24,000 nucleotides of DNA from Rhizobium leguminosarum bv. viciae USDA 2370 (GCF_002008365.1 NZ_MRDL01000036.1:151676-175675), one strand, 5' to 3'. Counted from the first letter of the stretch, positions 7,752 through 14,865 are shown. The notes: generated by a model not told the origin, from the letters alone. A program made the numbers and translations.

Positions 7752-7760
7752 GGAGATTTC

Positions 7761-8075
7761 ATGTATATCGCAATGAACCGCTTCAAGGTTGCAACCGGGA
7801 GCGAAGGCGATTTCGAGACGGTCTGGCGCAATCGCGATTCCAGCCTGCCCGAGGTGCCCGGTTTCGTCGAATTCCGCCTGCTGCGCGGCAAGGTCAACGA
7901 CGAGGAAGGCTACACGCTCTATTCCTCGCACACGGTCTGGAAAAGCGAGGCGGATTTTCAGAACTGGACGAAGTCCGAGAGCTTTCGTGCAGCGCACCGC
8001 AATGCCGGCGATCACAAGGCGATCTACAAGGGACCGCCAGTCTTCGAAGGCTTCAACGTCGTCGACGGCATATGA
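7761..8075 (+). CDS. ABM-fold monooxygenase, IsdG/HmuQ-like candidate haem oxygenase
   Basis: 104 aa. The N-terminus MYIAMNRFKV..G....FE..W and size are typical of the ABM/IsdG family. AAGGAG lies 7 nt upstream. Located next to the haem uptake genes. Confidence 0.75.
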   Translation: MYIAMNRFKVATGSEGDFETVWRNRDSSLPEVPGFVEFRLLRGKVNDEEGYTLYSSHTVWKSEADFQNWTKSESFRAAHRNAGDHKAIYKGPPVFEGFNVVDGI

Positions 8076-8442
8076 ACGAAGGGCCGGATCGCATCGAGGT
8101 TCTGCCGGTCCTGCCGTCGCTCGATATCGATGAGACGCTTGCCTTCTACCGCGATGCGCTCGGTTTTACCGAGATCGTCTGTCGGGCGGCGGACTATCTC
8201 GTCCTGCGGCGCGACGACATGGAGCTGCATTTCTGGCGGACGCAGGATGCCACGCTTTGCCAGAACAGCTCCGTCTATCTCCGAGGCGGCGGCATCGGCG
8301 CCCTCCACGCGGAATATCGCGAAAAGGGCGTCGAGCGCCTGAGCGATATGGAGGTGCGGCCATGGAACATGGAGAGTTCTACATCCATGATCCGCACGGC
8401 AATCTGCTGCGCTTCGGCCGTGTGCCGCAGCCGCGTGACTAG
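8072..8442 (+). pseudogene. VOC (glyoxalase/bleomycin-resistance) family gene with an apparent -1 frameshift
   Basis: Frame of 8072 gives MNEGPDRIEVLPVLPSLDIDETLAFYRDALGFTE...LSDMEVRPWNME, then junk. The family-typical C-terminus, GEFYIHDPHGNLLRFGRVPQPRD*, continues in the frame of ORF 8257..8442. Total span is 371 nt, one short of 124 codons. The start overlaps the previous stop (ATGA at 8072-8075). Confidence 0.65.
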
Positions 8443-8487
8443 AGCAACTCCAGCAAAAGTGCGCAGCGGTTTTGCGTCCGGATTGCG

Positions 8488-8543
8488 AGAAAACAAAACA
8501 TAGAGAAATTCCCTCGCTCGGGGAAAAACGGAAATGCTCTATG
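8488..8543 (-). terminator. Intrinsic terminator of the glbO-DUF423 operon
   Basis: The minus strand reads CATAGAGCATTTCC-(17 nt loop)-GGAATTTCTCTATG, with 12 of 14 positions paired, followed directly by TTTTGTTTTCT. The hairpin contains the DUF423 stop codon. Confidence 0.65.
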
Positions 8544-8910
8544 CCTTGGCGCGGAAGACAGCGCCTGCCGCAACGGCCAGCCAGCCAAGCATCATCGCCC
8601 AGCCGCCGGTCGGCGCGGCATAGGGGAAGAGGCCGGAGCCGGTAAAGCGCAGGGTGACGAGATCGCCCGCAAAAAGCAGCGTTCCGACAATCAACAGGAA
8701 ACCGGCCAGCCAGGCGGTTCTGAGCCTGGCACTGCCGAGAGCCAATGCCAGCAGGGCAGGGGCGTGGGCAAGGCACATGGCAGATGCGGATGCCGCAAGA
8801 TTGGCCTCGCCGCCGCCATGGGCAGCAAGGGCGGCAAGCGCCACGCCGGCTACGCCGAACAGGCCGGCAAAGAGATAGAGCACCGGTTCCAGACGCGCGT
8901 TCAAGCTCAT
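8539..8910 (-). CDS. DUF423 (YgdD/TMEM256-like) small membrane protein
   Basis: 123 aa with four hydrophobic segments. The LAAHG and FAGDL...PTGGWAMMLGW motifs resemble YgdD. The start overlaps the globin stop (ATGA at 8907-8910). Confidence 0.8.
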   Translation of the reverse strand: MSLNARLEPVLYLFAGLFGVAGVALAALAAHGGGEANLAASASAMCLAHAPALLALALGSARLRTAWLAGFLLIVGTLLFAGDLVTLRFTGSGLFPYAAPTGGWAMMLGWLAVAAGAVFRAKA

Positions 8911-9335
8911 GGTTGTTCCTTGTGGTCAGGGGCCCTGTTCTGCATATGGTAGGCGAGTCGTTCCACCGGCGCCCAGATGAGATCGCGCAGCGCTTGGCTT
9001 GCGATCGTCTCGTCCAGGGCGCGGCGGAAGCAGAGCAGCCATTCGTCGCGTTCGACAGGGCCGATCTCGGCGACGAAATGGCGGCTGCGCAGGCGCGGAT
9101 GGCCGCGCTTATCGGTATAGAGCGGCGGGCCGCCGAGATAACCGCTCATATATTCGTAGAATTTCTCTTCACTGCCGGTAAGGCTCGGCGGATGCACGGC
9201 GCGCACGTTTCTCGCCTCCGGCAGCGTGTCCATCAGCTCATAGAAGCGGTGCGTCAGCGCCCGTACGACAGGATCGCCGCCGACCGCCTGATAGAGTGTG
9301 GTGATCTTCTCCGTCACGAAACCATCCCATGCCAT
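8907..9335 (-). CDS. glbO: Group II truncated haemoglobin (trHbO)
   Basis: LYQAVGG...FYELM...GGPPLYTDKRGHPRLRSRHFVAEIGPVERDEWLLCF carries the RGHPRLRxRH hallmark. Start set at ATG 9335 (MAWDGF...) with AGGA upstream. The 15-aa extension to 9380 is not family-like. Confidence 0.85.
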   Translation of the reverse strand: MAWDGFVTEKITTLYQAVGGDPVVRALTHRFYELMDTLPEARNVRAVHPPSLTGSEEKFYEYMSGYLGGPPLYTDKRGHPRLRSRHFVAEIGPVERDEWLLCFRRALDETIASQALRDLIWAPVERLAYHMQNRAPDHKEQP

Positions 9336-9445
9336 CCTAATCCCCAGGCCCTTCATGCACCGGGCGGAAAATGATCGCAACTGTCATCAAGGTGCCGCGG
9401 CATTTCGCGCATAATGCAGGCACGGCAGGGGTTGTGGCCGATTCT

Positions 9446-9474
9446 CCTTGACAAAACCGTCCGGACGGTATCTT
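9446..9474 (+). promoter_or_regulatory. Candidate sigma70 promoter with embedded perfect 14-bp palindromic operator ACCGTCCGGACGGT (9456-9469)
   Basis: CTTGAC (9446-9451), then N17, then ATCTTT. The palindrome fills the spacer, and the TetR ATG follows at 9484. Confidence 0.5.
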
Positions 9475-9483
9475 TTAATTTGC

Positions 9484-10047
9484 ATGTTGAACGCTCATCA
9501 TCGCAAGAAGCAGCCCGTCCTCGTGCGCCAGCAGTTGCTGGAGGTCGCCGCGCGCCTTGCTGCCAGCGAAGGCATGGCCGCCGTCACGCTCGATGCGGTT
9601 TCCGCTGCGTCCAGCGTCAGCAAGGGCGGGCTGCTGCATCACTTCCCGACGAAGAATGCGCTGCTCGACGCCTTGTTCGAGAGCCTGCTCGAAAAGTTCG
9701 ACGCCGATATAGAGGAACTGATGCGCGGCGATCCGCTGCCGCAGGGCCGCTTCACCCGCGCCTATCTCAGGGCGGTATCCGGTCTCAAGGATCGTCCCGA
9801 CGATTCCAGGAATTGGACGCAGGTGACGATCGCGCTTCTTGCCGAACCCCGGTTGCGTCTTCGCTGGCGCCAATGGGTACAGGCGCGGTCGGAGGAATAT
9901 ATCGGCACAGACTCCTCCCTCGACGCACAAGTCGTGCGTTTCGCCGCCGACGGACTTTGGTTCGCAGATACGTTGGAAAGCCATGATATCAGCGGCGTTC
10001 TGAGGCGGGATCTCATCGATCGCCTTGTCGAACTGACCGGCAAGTAA
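9484..10047 (+). CDS. TetR/AcrR family repressor
   Basis: 187 aa. N-terminal HTH segment VTLDAVSAASSVSKGGLLHHFPTKNALL. Start set at ATG 9484; the ORF-track TTG at 9448 is the -35 element. Confidence 0.85.
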   Translation: MLNAHHRKKQPVLVRQQLLEVAARLAASEGMAAVTLDAVSAASSVSKGGLLHHFPTKNALLDALFESLLEKFDADIEELMRGDPLPQGRFTRAYLRAVSGLKDRPDDSRNWTQVTIALLAEPRLRLRWRQWVQARSEEYIGTDSSLDAQVVRFAADGLWFADTLESHDISGVLRRDLIDRLVELTGK

Positions 10048-10064
10048 TTCGAAAGGGATTCGCC

Positions 10065-10406
10065 ATGAGCCAGGCCGCCGTCTACGGGCTGCTGTTTGCA
10101 GCCATCGTGCTCGAAGTCATTGGCACGACCGCGCTGCAGCTGTCGCAGCAGTTCACCCGCATCGGGCCGACGGCACTCGTCGTCGCCTGTTATGCGGCTG
10201 CCTTCTATTGCCTGTCGCTGACCCTGAAAAGCATCCCCGTCGGTATCGCCTATGCGATTTGGAGCGCTTTGGGAATCGTGCTGATTTCCTCGGTCGGTCT
10301 GGTTTTCTTCAAGCAGCGCCTCGACCTGCCGGCAGTCGTCGGGCTCGGGCTGATCATATCGGGCGTTGTGGTCGTCAATCTATTCTCGAAATCCGTTTCG
10401 CATTGA
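10065..10406 (+). CDS. Small multidrug resistance (SMR/EmrE-type) transporter
   Basis: 113 aa, four TM helices, conserved membrane Glu in helix 1 (AIVLEVIGTTAL), and the YAIWSALG motif. AAGGGA lies upstream. Confidence 0.85.
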   Translation: MSQAAVYGLLFAAIVLEVIGTTALQLSQQFTRIGPTALVVACYAAAFYCLSLTLKSIPVGIAYAIWSALGIVLISSVGLVFFKQRLDLPAVVGLGLIISGVVVVNLFSKSVSH

Positions 10407-10459
10407 TATTGCTGTGATATTTTAAGGCCGTTTCTCCGCCTCAGGCCGGTAAATTTTCC

Positions 10460-10491
10460 CCTTTGTCAAAATACTGACAAAGGTCTATGTG
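10460..10491 (+). promoter_or_regulatory. Candidate promoter (TTGTCA-N17-TATGTG) overlapped by a 9-6-9 inverted repeat, CCTTTGTCA-aaatac-TGACAAAGG
   Basis: Perfect 9-bp arms at 10460-10468 and 10475-10483, about 115 nt upstream of the ThuA-like start. Confidence 0.4.
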
Positions 10492-10597
10492 TTCTTTGAA
10501 CGTGGAGGAGACGAGGCGCAGCCAGCGCCATTTTCCAAAGCGCTTTGAATCCTGCCTTCCCGCCTATCGATACTTCCAGGTTCTACAGGAGCACATC

Positions 10598-11383
10598 ATG
10601 GCCATTCGCACCGTCGTCTGGGGAGAGAATATCCACGAGAATACCAATGCCATCGTCCGGGATATTTATCCCGAAGGCATGCACACGACGATCGCCAACG
10701 CGCTGAATACCGATTCCGATATCTCGGCGACGACAGCGACGCTGCAGGAGCCGGAACACGGCCTCAGCGAAGCCCGCCTTGCCGAAACCGACGTGCTGAC
10801 CTGGTGGGGCCACAAGGATCACGGCGCGGTCTCCGACGTCGTCGTCGAGCGTGTTGCCAAGCGCGTCTGGGAAGGCATGGGCCTGCTCGTGCTGCATTCG
10901 GGGCATTTCTCCAAGATCTTCAAGCGGCTGATGGGTACGCCCTGCGCGCTGAAATGGCGCGAGGCGGGTGAACGCGAGCGTCTGTGGACAATCAATCAGC
11001 GCCATCCGATCGCAGCAGGCATCGGCGAGCATTTCGAGCTCGAGAACGAAGAAATGTACGGCGAGCAGTTCTCGGTGCCGGAGCCGCTCGAAACGGTGTT
11101 CATCTCCTGGTTCCAGGGCGGCGAAGTGTTTCGCTCGGGCCTGACCTGGCGCCGTGGCGCCGGCAATATCTTCTATTTCCGCCCCGGTCACGAGACCTAT
11201 CCGACCTATCACGACGTCAATGTCCAGAAGGTGCTGATCAACGGCGTGAAGTGGGCCTATAACCCTGAGGGGGCGTTGACTGGTATCACCGACGCTCCAA
11301 ATGTCCCGGTAGAAAAAGCACTGGAGCCGATCGTCGAACGCGGCCCGAAACTGCACCAGGCCGGCGAAGCCGGTTACCGCTGA
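10598..11383 (+). CDS. ThuA-domain protein (trehalose-utilisation-like)
   Basis: 261 aa from ATG 10598, with AGGAG 8 nt upstream. The N-terminus [12 protein letters not shown]...IYPEGMH and the HSGH motif are ThuA-like. The 37-aa ORF-track extension is discarded. Confidence 0.8.
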   Translation: MAIRTVVWGENIHENTNAIVRDIYPEGMHTTIANALNTDSDISATTATLQEPEHGLSEARLAETDVLTWWGHKDHGAVSDVVVERVAKRVWEGMGLLVLHSGHFSKIFKRLMGTPCALKWREAGERERLWTINQRHPIAAGIGEHFELENEEMYGEQFSVPEPLETVFISWFQGGEVFRSGLTWRRGAGNIFYFRPGHETYPTYHDVNVQKVLINGVKWAYNPEGALTGITDAPNVPVEKALEPIVERGPKLHQAGEAGYR

Positions 11384-11392
11384 GGAGCATCC

Positions 11393-12436
11393 ATGCGACT
11401 ACTCGTTCTTGGCACCGGGGTGATGGCGAAAAACCAGCTCGCCCGCTTCCCCCTTATCGACGGCGTGACTGTGGTCGGTGCCGTCGACACCGATCCTGAG
11501 CGGCTTTCGGCCTTCGCCGACAAGTTCAACATCGAAAAGCGGTTTCTTTCACTGGAGGAGGCGATCGCCTGGGGTGAATTCGATGCGGCGACGAACGTGA
11601 CGCCCGACCGCATCCATCACCCGACGACGATGGCTCTGATTGCCGCCGGCAAGCACGTCTTCTGCGAAAAACCGCTGGCGGAGAACTATGCGAAGGCGCT
11701 GGAGATGACAGAGGCGGCCGAAAAAGCCGGCGTCATCAACATGGTCAACCTGACTTATCGAAACGTCGCGCCGCTGCAGCGCGCCCGTGAGATGGTGCTC
11801 GCCGGCGAGCTCGGCACGATCAGGCACGTCGAAGCCTCCTATCTCCAGAGTTGGCTCGTGTCGCGCGCCTGGGGCGACTGGCGCACAGAATCGACCTGGC
11901 TGTGGCGGCTTTCCACCGGCCATGGCTCGAACGGCGTGCTCGGCGATGTCGGCATCCATATCCTCGATTTCGCCGCCTATGGTGCGGCGACCGACATCGA
12001 CCACGTCTTTGCGCGGCTGAAGACCTTTAACAAGGCGCCGGGCGGCCAGATCGGCGAATATCTGCTCGATGCCAATGACAGCTTCACCATGTCTGTCGAT
12101 TTCGCCAATGGTGCACTCGGCGTCATCCATGCCAGCCGTTGGGCGACAGGGCATCTGAACGAGTTGAAGCTGCGGATTTATGGCGAGAGGGGCAGCCTTG
12201 AGGTCATCCATCGTCCCAGCGGTTCTGAGCTGCATGGCTGCCTCGGCGAGGATGTCGAAACCGCCACCTGGACGAAGATCGAGGTTGAACCGGTAGCGAC
12301 CAACTACGAGCGTTTTGCCGAGGCCGTGGCAAGCGGCATCCAGCCGGATCCGAACTTCCGCCACGCCGCCAACCTGCAGAAGGTGCTCGATCTTGCGATG
12401 GTGACCGAGCGCGAGCGGCGCGAGCTGAAGGTCTGA
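11393..12436 (+). CDS. Gfo/Idh/MocA family NAD(P)-dependent oxidoreductase (ThuB-like partner)
   Basis: 347 aa. N-terminal Rossmann segment LLVLGTGVMAKN and the EKPLA motif (VFCEKPLAENY). Starts 9 nt after the ThuA-like gene. Confidence 0.85.
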   Translation: MRLLVLGTGVMAKNQLARFPLIDGVTVVGAVDTDPERLSAFADKFNIEKRFLSLEEAIAWGEFDAATNVTPDRIHHPTTMALIAAGKHVFCEKPLAENYAKALEMTEAAEKAGVINMVNLTYRNVAPLQRAREMVLAGELGTIRHVEASYLQSWLVSRAWGDWRTESTWLWRLSTGHGSNGVLGDVGIHILDFAAYGAATDIDHVFARLKTFNKAPGGQIGEYLLDANDSFTMSVDFANGALGVIHASRWATGHLNELKLRIYGERGSLEVIHRPSGSELHGCLGEDVETATWTKIEVEPVATNYERFAEAVASGIQPDPNFRHAANLQKVLDLAMVTERERRELKV

Positions 12437-12443
12437 TCCTGTC

Positions 12444-12486
12444 CGCTGGATAGGCCGCCGTTCATCCGACGGCAGCTTATCCAGCG
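12444..12486 (+). terminator. Stem-loop after the oxidoreductase gene (possible terminator, no clear U-tract)
   Basis: CGCTGGATA...TATCCAGCG are 9-bp outer arms, with an inner GCCGT/ACGGC pairing. Starts 8 nt after the stop codon. Confidence 0.35.
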
Positions 12487-12540
12487 CATCGGCGCGTTGA
12501 TCCGCTTTTCGTTTGCGAGATTTTGACGCTATGCTTCTGC

Positions 12541-14076
12541 ATGGGCAGCTCGACGCTTTCCTTTGGTCCGTTCCTTTACGATCCCGTGACAGGAAGCCTG
12601 TGGCGGGAAGGGAAGTCCATTGCGACGGGACCACGGCCGGCAGCTCTGCTCGGTTTGCTGCTGGAGGCTGAGGGCCGCGTCGTCACCAAGGCGGATCTGA
12701 TGGACAGGGCCTGGCCGGGGCTTGCCGTGGAGGAAGGCAACCTCACGGTTCAGATTGCCACGCTCAGGAAGATTCTCGGCGCAAGGCCCGATGGCACGGA
12801 GTGGATCGTCACGGTTCCCAGGGTCGGTTATCGCCTGCCGCGCCGGGACGATGCCGGGATGGCGCCCGTGGCGCCGCAGCCGCCTTCCGTCGCGGTTCTT
12901 CCCTTCGTCAATCTCGGTGGCGATGTCGACCAGGATTATTTTGCCGATGGCGTGGTGACGGAGATCATCACCGCCCTTGCGCGCTTCCGCTCCTTTTCGG
13001 TCGTCTCGCGCCATTCCGCCTTTATTTACAAGGGACGCAGCATCGATGTGCGACAGGTGGCGGCGGAGCTCGGAGTACGCTACGTGCTCGAAGGCAGCAT
13101 CCGGCGGGAAGGCGGGCAGGTGCGTATCAATGTGCAGCTGGTCGACGGCGTGACCGCGACCAATCTCTGGGCCGATCATTTTGAAGACGGCATCAGCCAC
13201 ATCTTCGCCTTCCAGGACCATATCACCGAACGCGTCGCCTCGATCGTTGAGCCGGCGATCGAGATCGCCGAAATCCAGAGGTCACGACGTGACCGGCCGA
13301 ACAGTCCGGCAGTTTACGATCTCTATCTGCGTGCGCTTGCCGCGATCATCGACGAATCGATCGAAAGTAATGCCGCCGCCTATGCCTTGCTGCAGGAAGC
13401 GCTCGCCATGGAGCCGGAAAATGCGATGCTGCTTTCCCATGCCGCATGGGCGCTCGAACATCGCATTACCATGGGTTGGCCACGGCTCGGGACGGACGAC
13501 AAGGCGGAATGTATCAGCCTTGCCCGTCGCGGGCTTCAGCATTCGGCCGGCGATCCCCGCGTGATGGCCCATTGCGGCATGGCATTGCTGCAGACGGGCA
13601 AGGATTACGAAGGTGGCATGGCCGTGCTGGAGGCCGCCGCTGCCGCCAATCCCAACGATCTTCTGGTCGCGGCCTGCTCCGGCATTGCGGCCTTGCACTG
13701 CGGCGATATCGAACAGGCGCTCGAGCGACTGCATCGCGCCGTGAAATTGGGACCCCGCGATCCGGATGCGCGGTTTTCGCTGACGGGCATTGCCATGGCC
13801 GAACTCTTTCGCGGCAATTACGAGGCGGCAATTTCATACGCCTCTCGTTCGCTGGCGCTCAATGCCCATTTCGACCCGACCTACTGGATGTTGATCGCCG
13901 CACATGCGCATCTCGGCAATATGGAGCAGGCGCGCCAGTTCCTCCATGCGCTCGAGGCGATGGCACCTGATGTGACGCTGGAAGGCATTCTGGCGGGTCA
14001 GCCGGCCAAGGATCCGCTGCGTTTTGCGCCGGTTCTGGAAGGACTGGCGCGCGCCGGGATGCGGCCGCGGCTATAG
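12541..14076 (+). CDS. Orphan one-component regulator: OmpR/CadC-type winged-helix DNA-binding domain, TolB-N-like domain and TPR-like C-terminus
   Basis: Winged-helix signature LTVQIATLRKILG....WIVTVPRVGYRL. It is followed by SVAVLPFVNLGGDVDQDYFADGVVTEIITALAR and a helical repeat region. I see no TM segment and no receiver domain. The start is ambiguous (ATG 12541 or TTG 12523), and neither has a good SD. Confidence 0.75.
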   Translation: MGSSTLSFGPFLYDPVTGSLWREGKSIATGPRPAALLGLLLEAEGRVVTKADLMDRAWPGLAVEEGNLTVQIATLRKILGARPDGTEWIVTVPRVGYRLPRRDDAGMAPVAPQPPSVAVLPFVNLGGDVDQDYFADGVVTEIITALARFRSFSVVSRHSAFIYKGRSIDVRQVAAELGVRYVLEGSIRREGGQVRINVQLVDGVTATNLWADHFEDGISHIFAFQDHITERVASIVEPAIEIAEIQRSRRDRPNSPAVYDLYLRALAAIIDESIESNAAAYALLQEALAMEPENAMLLSHAAWALEHRITMGWPRLGTDDKAECISLARRGLQHSAGDPRVMAHCGMALLQTGKDYEGGMAVLEAAAAANPNDLLVAACSGIAALHCGDIEQALERLHRAVKLGPRDPDARFSLTGIAMAELFRGNYEAAISYASRSLALNAHFDPTYWMLIAAHAHLGNMEQARQFLHALEAMAPDVTLEGILAGQPAKDPLRFAPVLEGLARAGMRPRL

Positions 14077-14259
14077 GCTTTTGCAAGTTTTTGCAGCTTT
14101 TAGTCGGACTTTAAAGACCCAGCCCCGTCGCTTCGGCCACGCTGATCCCATCAATCAGGATGGAGGATCGGCTCATGCTTTCCAGCATGCATATTCTATC
14201 GCTCAAACAGGGCAAGCTTTACGGCGACCGAATTCCGATAGAGGCGCTGCCACAGGGGT

Positions 14260-14287
14260 TTGGAGCCTTTCCTAGGAAAGGCTCCAA
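14260..14287. repeat. Perfect 28-bp palindrome TTGGAGCCTTTCCTAGGAAAGGCTCCAA
   Basis: All 14 pairs were checked base by base. It lies in the 335-bp spacer between convergent genes. Confidence 0.95.
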
Positions 14288-14345
14288 GTTGCCACGGCAC
14301 CTTGTCGTTCTGTTCTCGCTGATCGGCAGGTGGCGCAAGCGCACG

Positions 14346-14371
14346 AAAAAAGGCCCCGCCGAAGCGGGGCC
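14346..14371 (-). terminator. Rho-independent terminator of the DUF1236 gene
   Basis: The minus strand reads GGCCCCGC-TTCG-GCGGGGCC followed by TTTTTT. It lies 41 nt after the stop at 14412. Confidence 0.8.
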
Positions 14372-14411
14372 GGAAGTTGCCGAGCCGCAACAGGCGGCTT
14401 CGGTTGCCTGA

Positions 14412-14807
14412 TTATTCTATGACCTGCACCACACGGTGGCTGCGGGGTTCGACAATCACGCGTTGATTGTTGATGACCGTGTAGGCATATTTCGGATTGT
14501 CAGGCACCGGCGTCACGACGACGTCTGCCGGAAGCGGCTTGCCGACGACGATCGGTTCCTGGACTACCACGGAGGCGGTCGGGGCCGGCTGCTGCTGGAC
14601 ATAGGTAACGACCTCGCGCGGCGGCGGATCGACAACGGCACCGGCGACACCACCGGCCACGCCGCCAATGGCAGCACCCACGGGGCCGCCGACGATTGCG
14701 CCGGTGATGGCACCACCGGCTGCACCGGTCACGGCTCCATCAGCGAGCGCATTGGTTGCAAGTGACGACAGCGCAAGGGCGCTGGAGACAAGTAGGACCT
14801 TGTACAT
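14412..14807 (-). CDS. DUF1236-type secreted glycine-rich protein
   Basis: 131 aa from ATG 14807, with AAGGAG upstream. Signal peptide MYKVLLVSSALALSSLATNALA/DG, then a Gly/Ala-rich segment. The C-terminus YAYTVINNQRVIVEPRSHRVVQVIE matches my recollection of DUF1236. Confidence 0.75.
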   Translation of the reverse strand: MYKVLLVSSALALSSLATNALADGAVTGAAGGAITGAIVGGPVGAAIGGVAGGVAGAVVDPPPREVVTYVQQQPAPTASVVVQEPIVVGKPLPADVVVTPVPDNPKYAYTVINNQRVIVEPRSHRVVQVIE

Positions 14808-14840
14808 TTTGCTTCTCCTTTGCTGGGGTTGCGTTTGGGT

Positions 14841-14865
14841 AACGACCACGCCAATCCGAGGTTCC
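14841..14865 (-). promoter_or_regulatory. EcfG-type promoter, GGAAC-N16-CGTT
   Basis: The minus strand reads GGAAC ctcggattggcgtggt CGTT. GTTCC is at 14861-14865 and AACG at 14841-14844. It lies 34 nt upstream of the DUF1236 ATG. Confidence 0.55.

Noticed and set aside
8443-8503. C-terminal tail (…TRATPAKVRSGFASGLRENKT) of the 143-aa VOC ORF
   Set aside because: It arises from read-through after the frameshift into repeat and terminator sequence. The family-like C-terminus is in the other frame and ends at 8442.
7260-8776. Two long minus-strand ORFs (7260..8015, 251 aa; 8024..8776, 250 aa) spanning several plus-strand genes
   Set aside because: They cross multiple well-supported, SD-preceded, translationally coupled plus-strand genes and an intergenic terminator. 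Their composition is not protein-like.
11549-12634. 361-aa minus-strand ORF opposite the Gfo/Idh/MocA gene
   Set aside because: It is an antisense shadow. The plus strand has the Rossmann and EKPLA motifs and operon logic with the ThuA-like gene.
14160-14411. 83-aa plus-strand and 64-aa minus-strand ORFs in the convergent intergenic gap, both containing FPRKGSK
   Set aside because: The shared peptide is an artefact of the perfect 28-bp palindrome read on both strands. There is no SD, and the ORFs run through a terminator hairpin.
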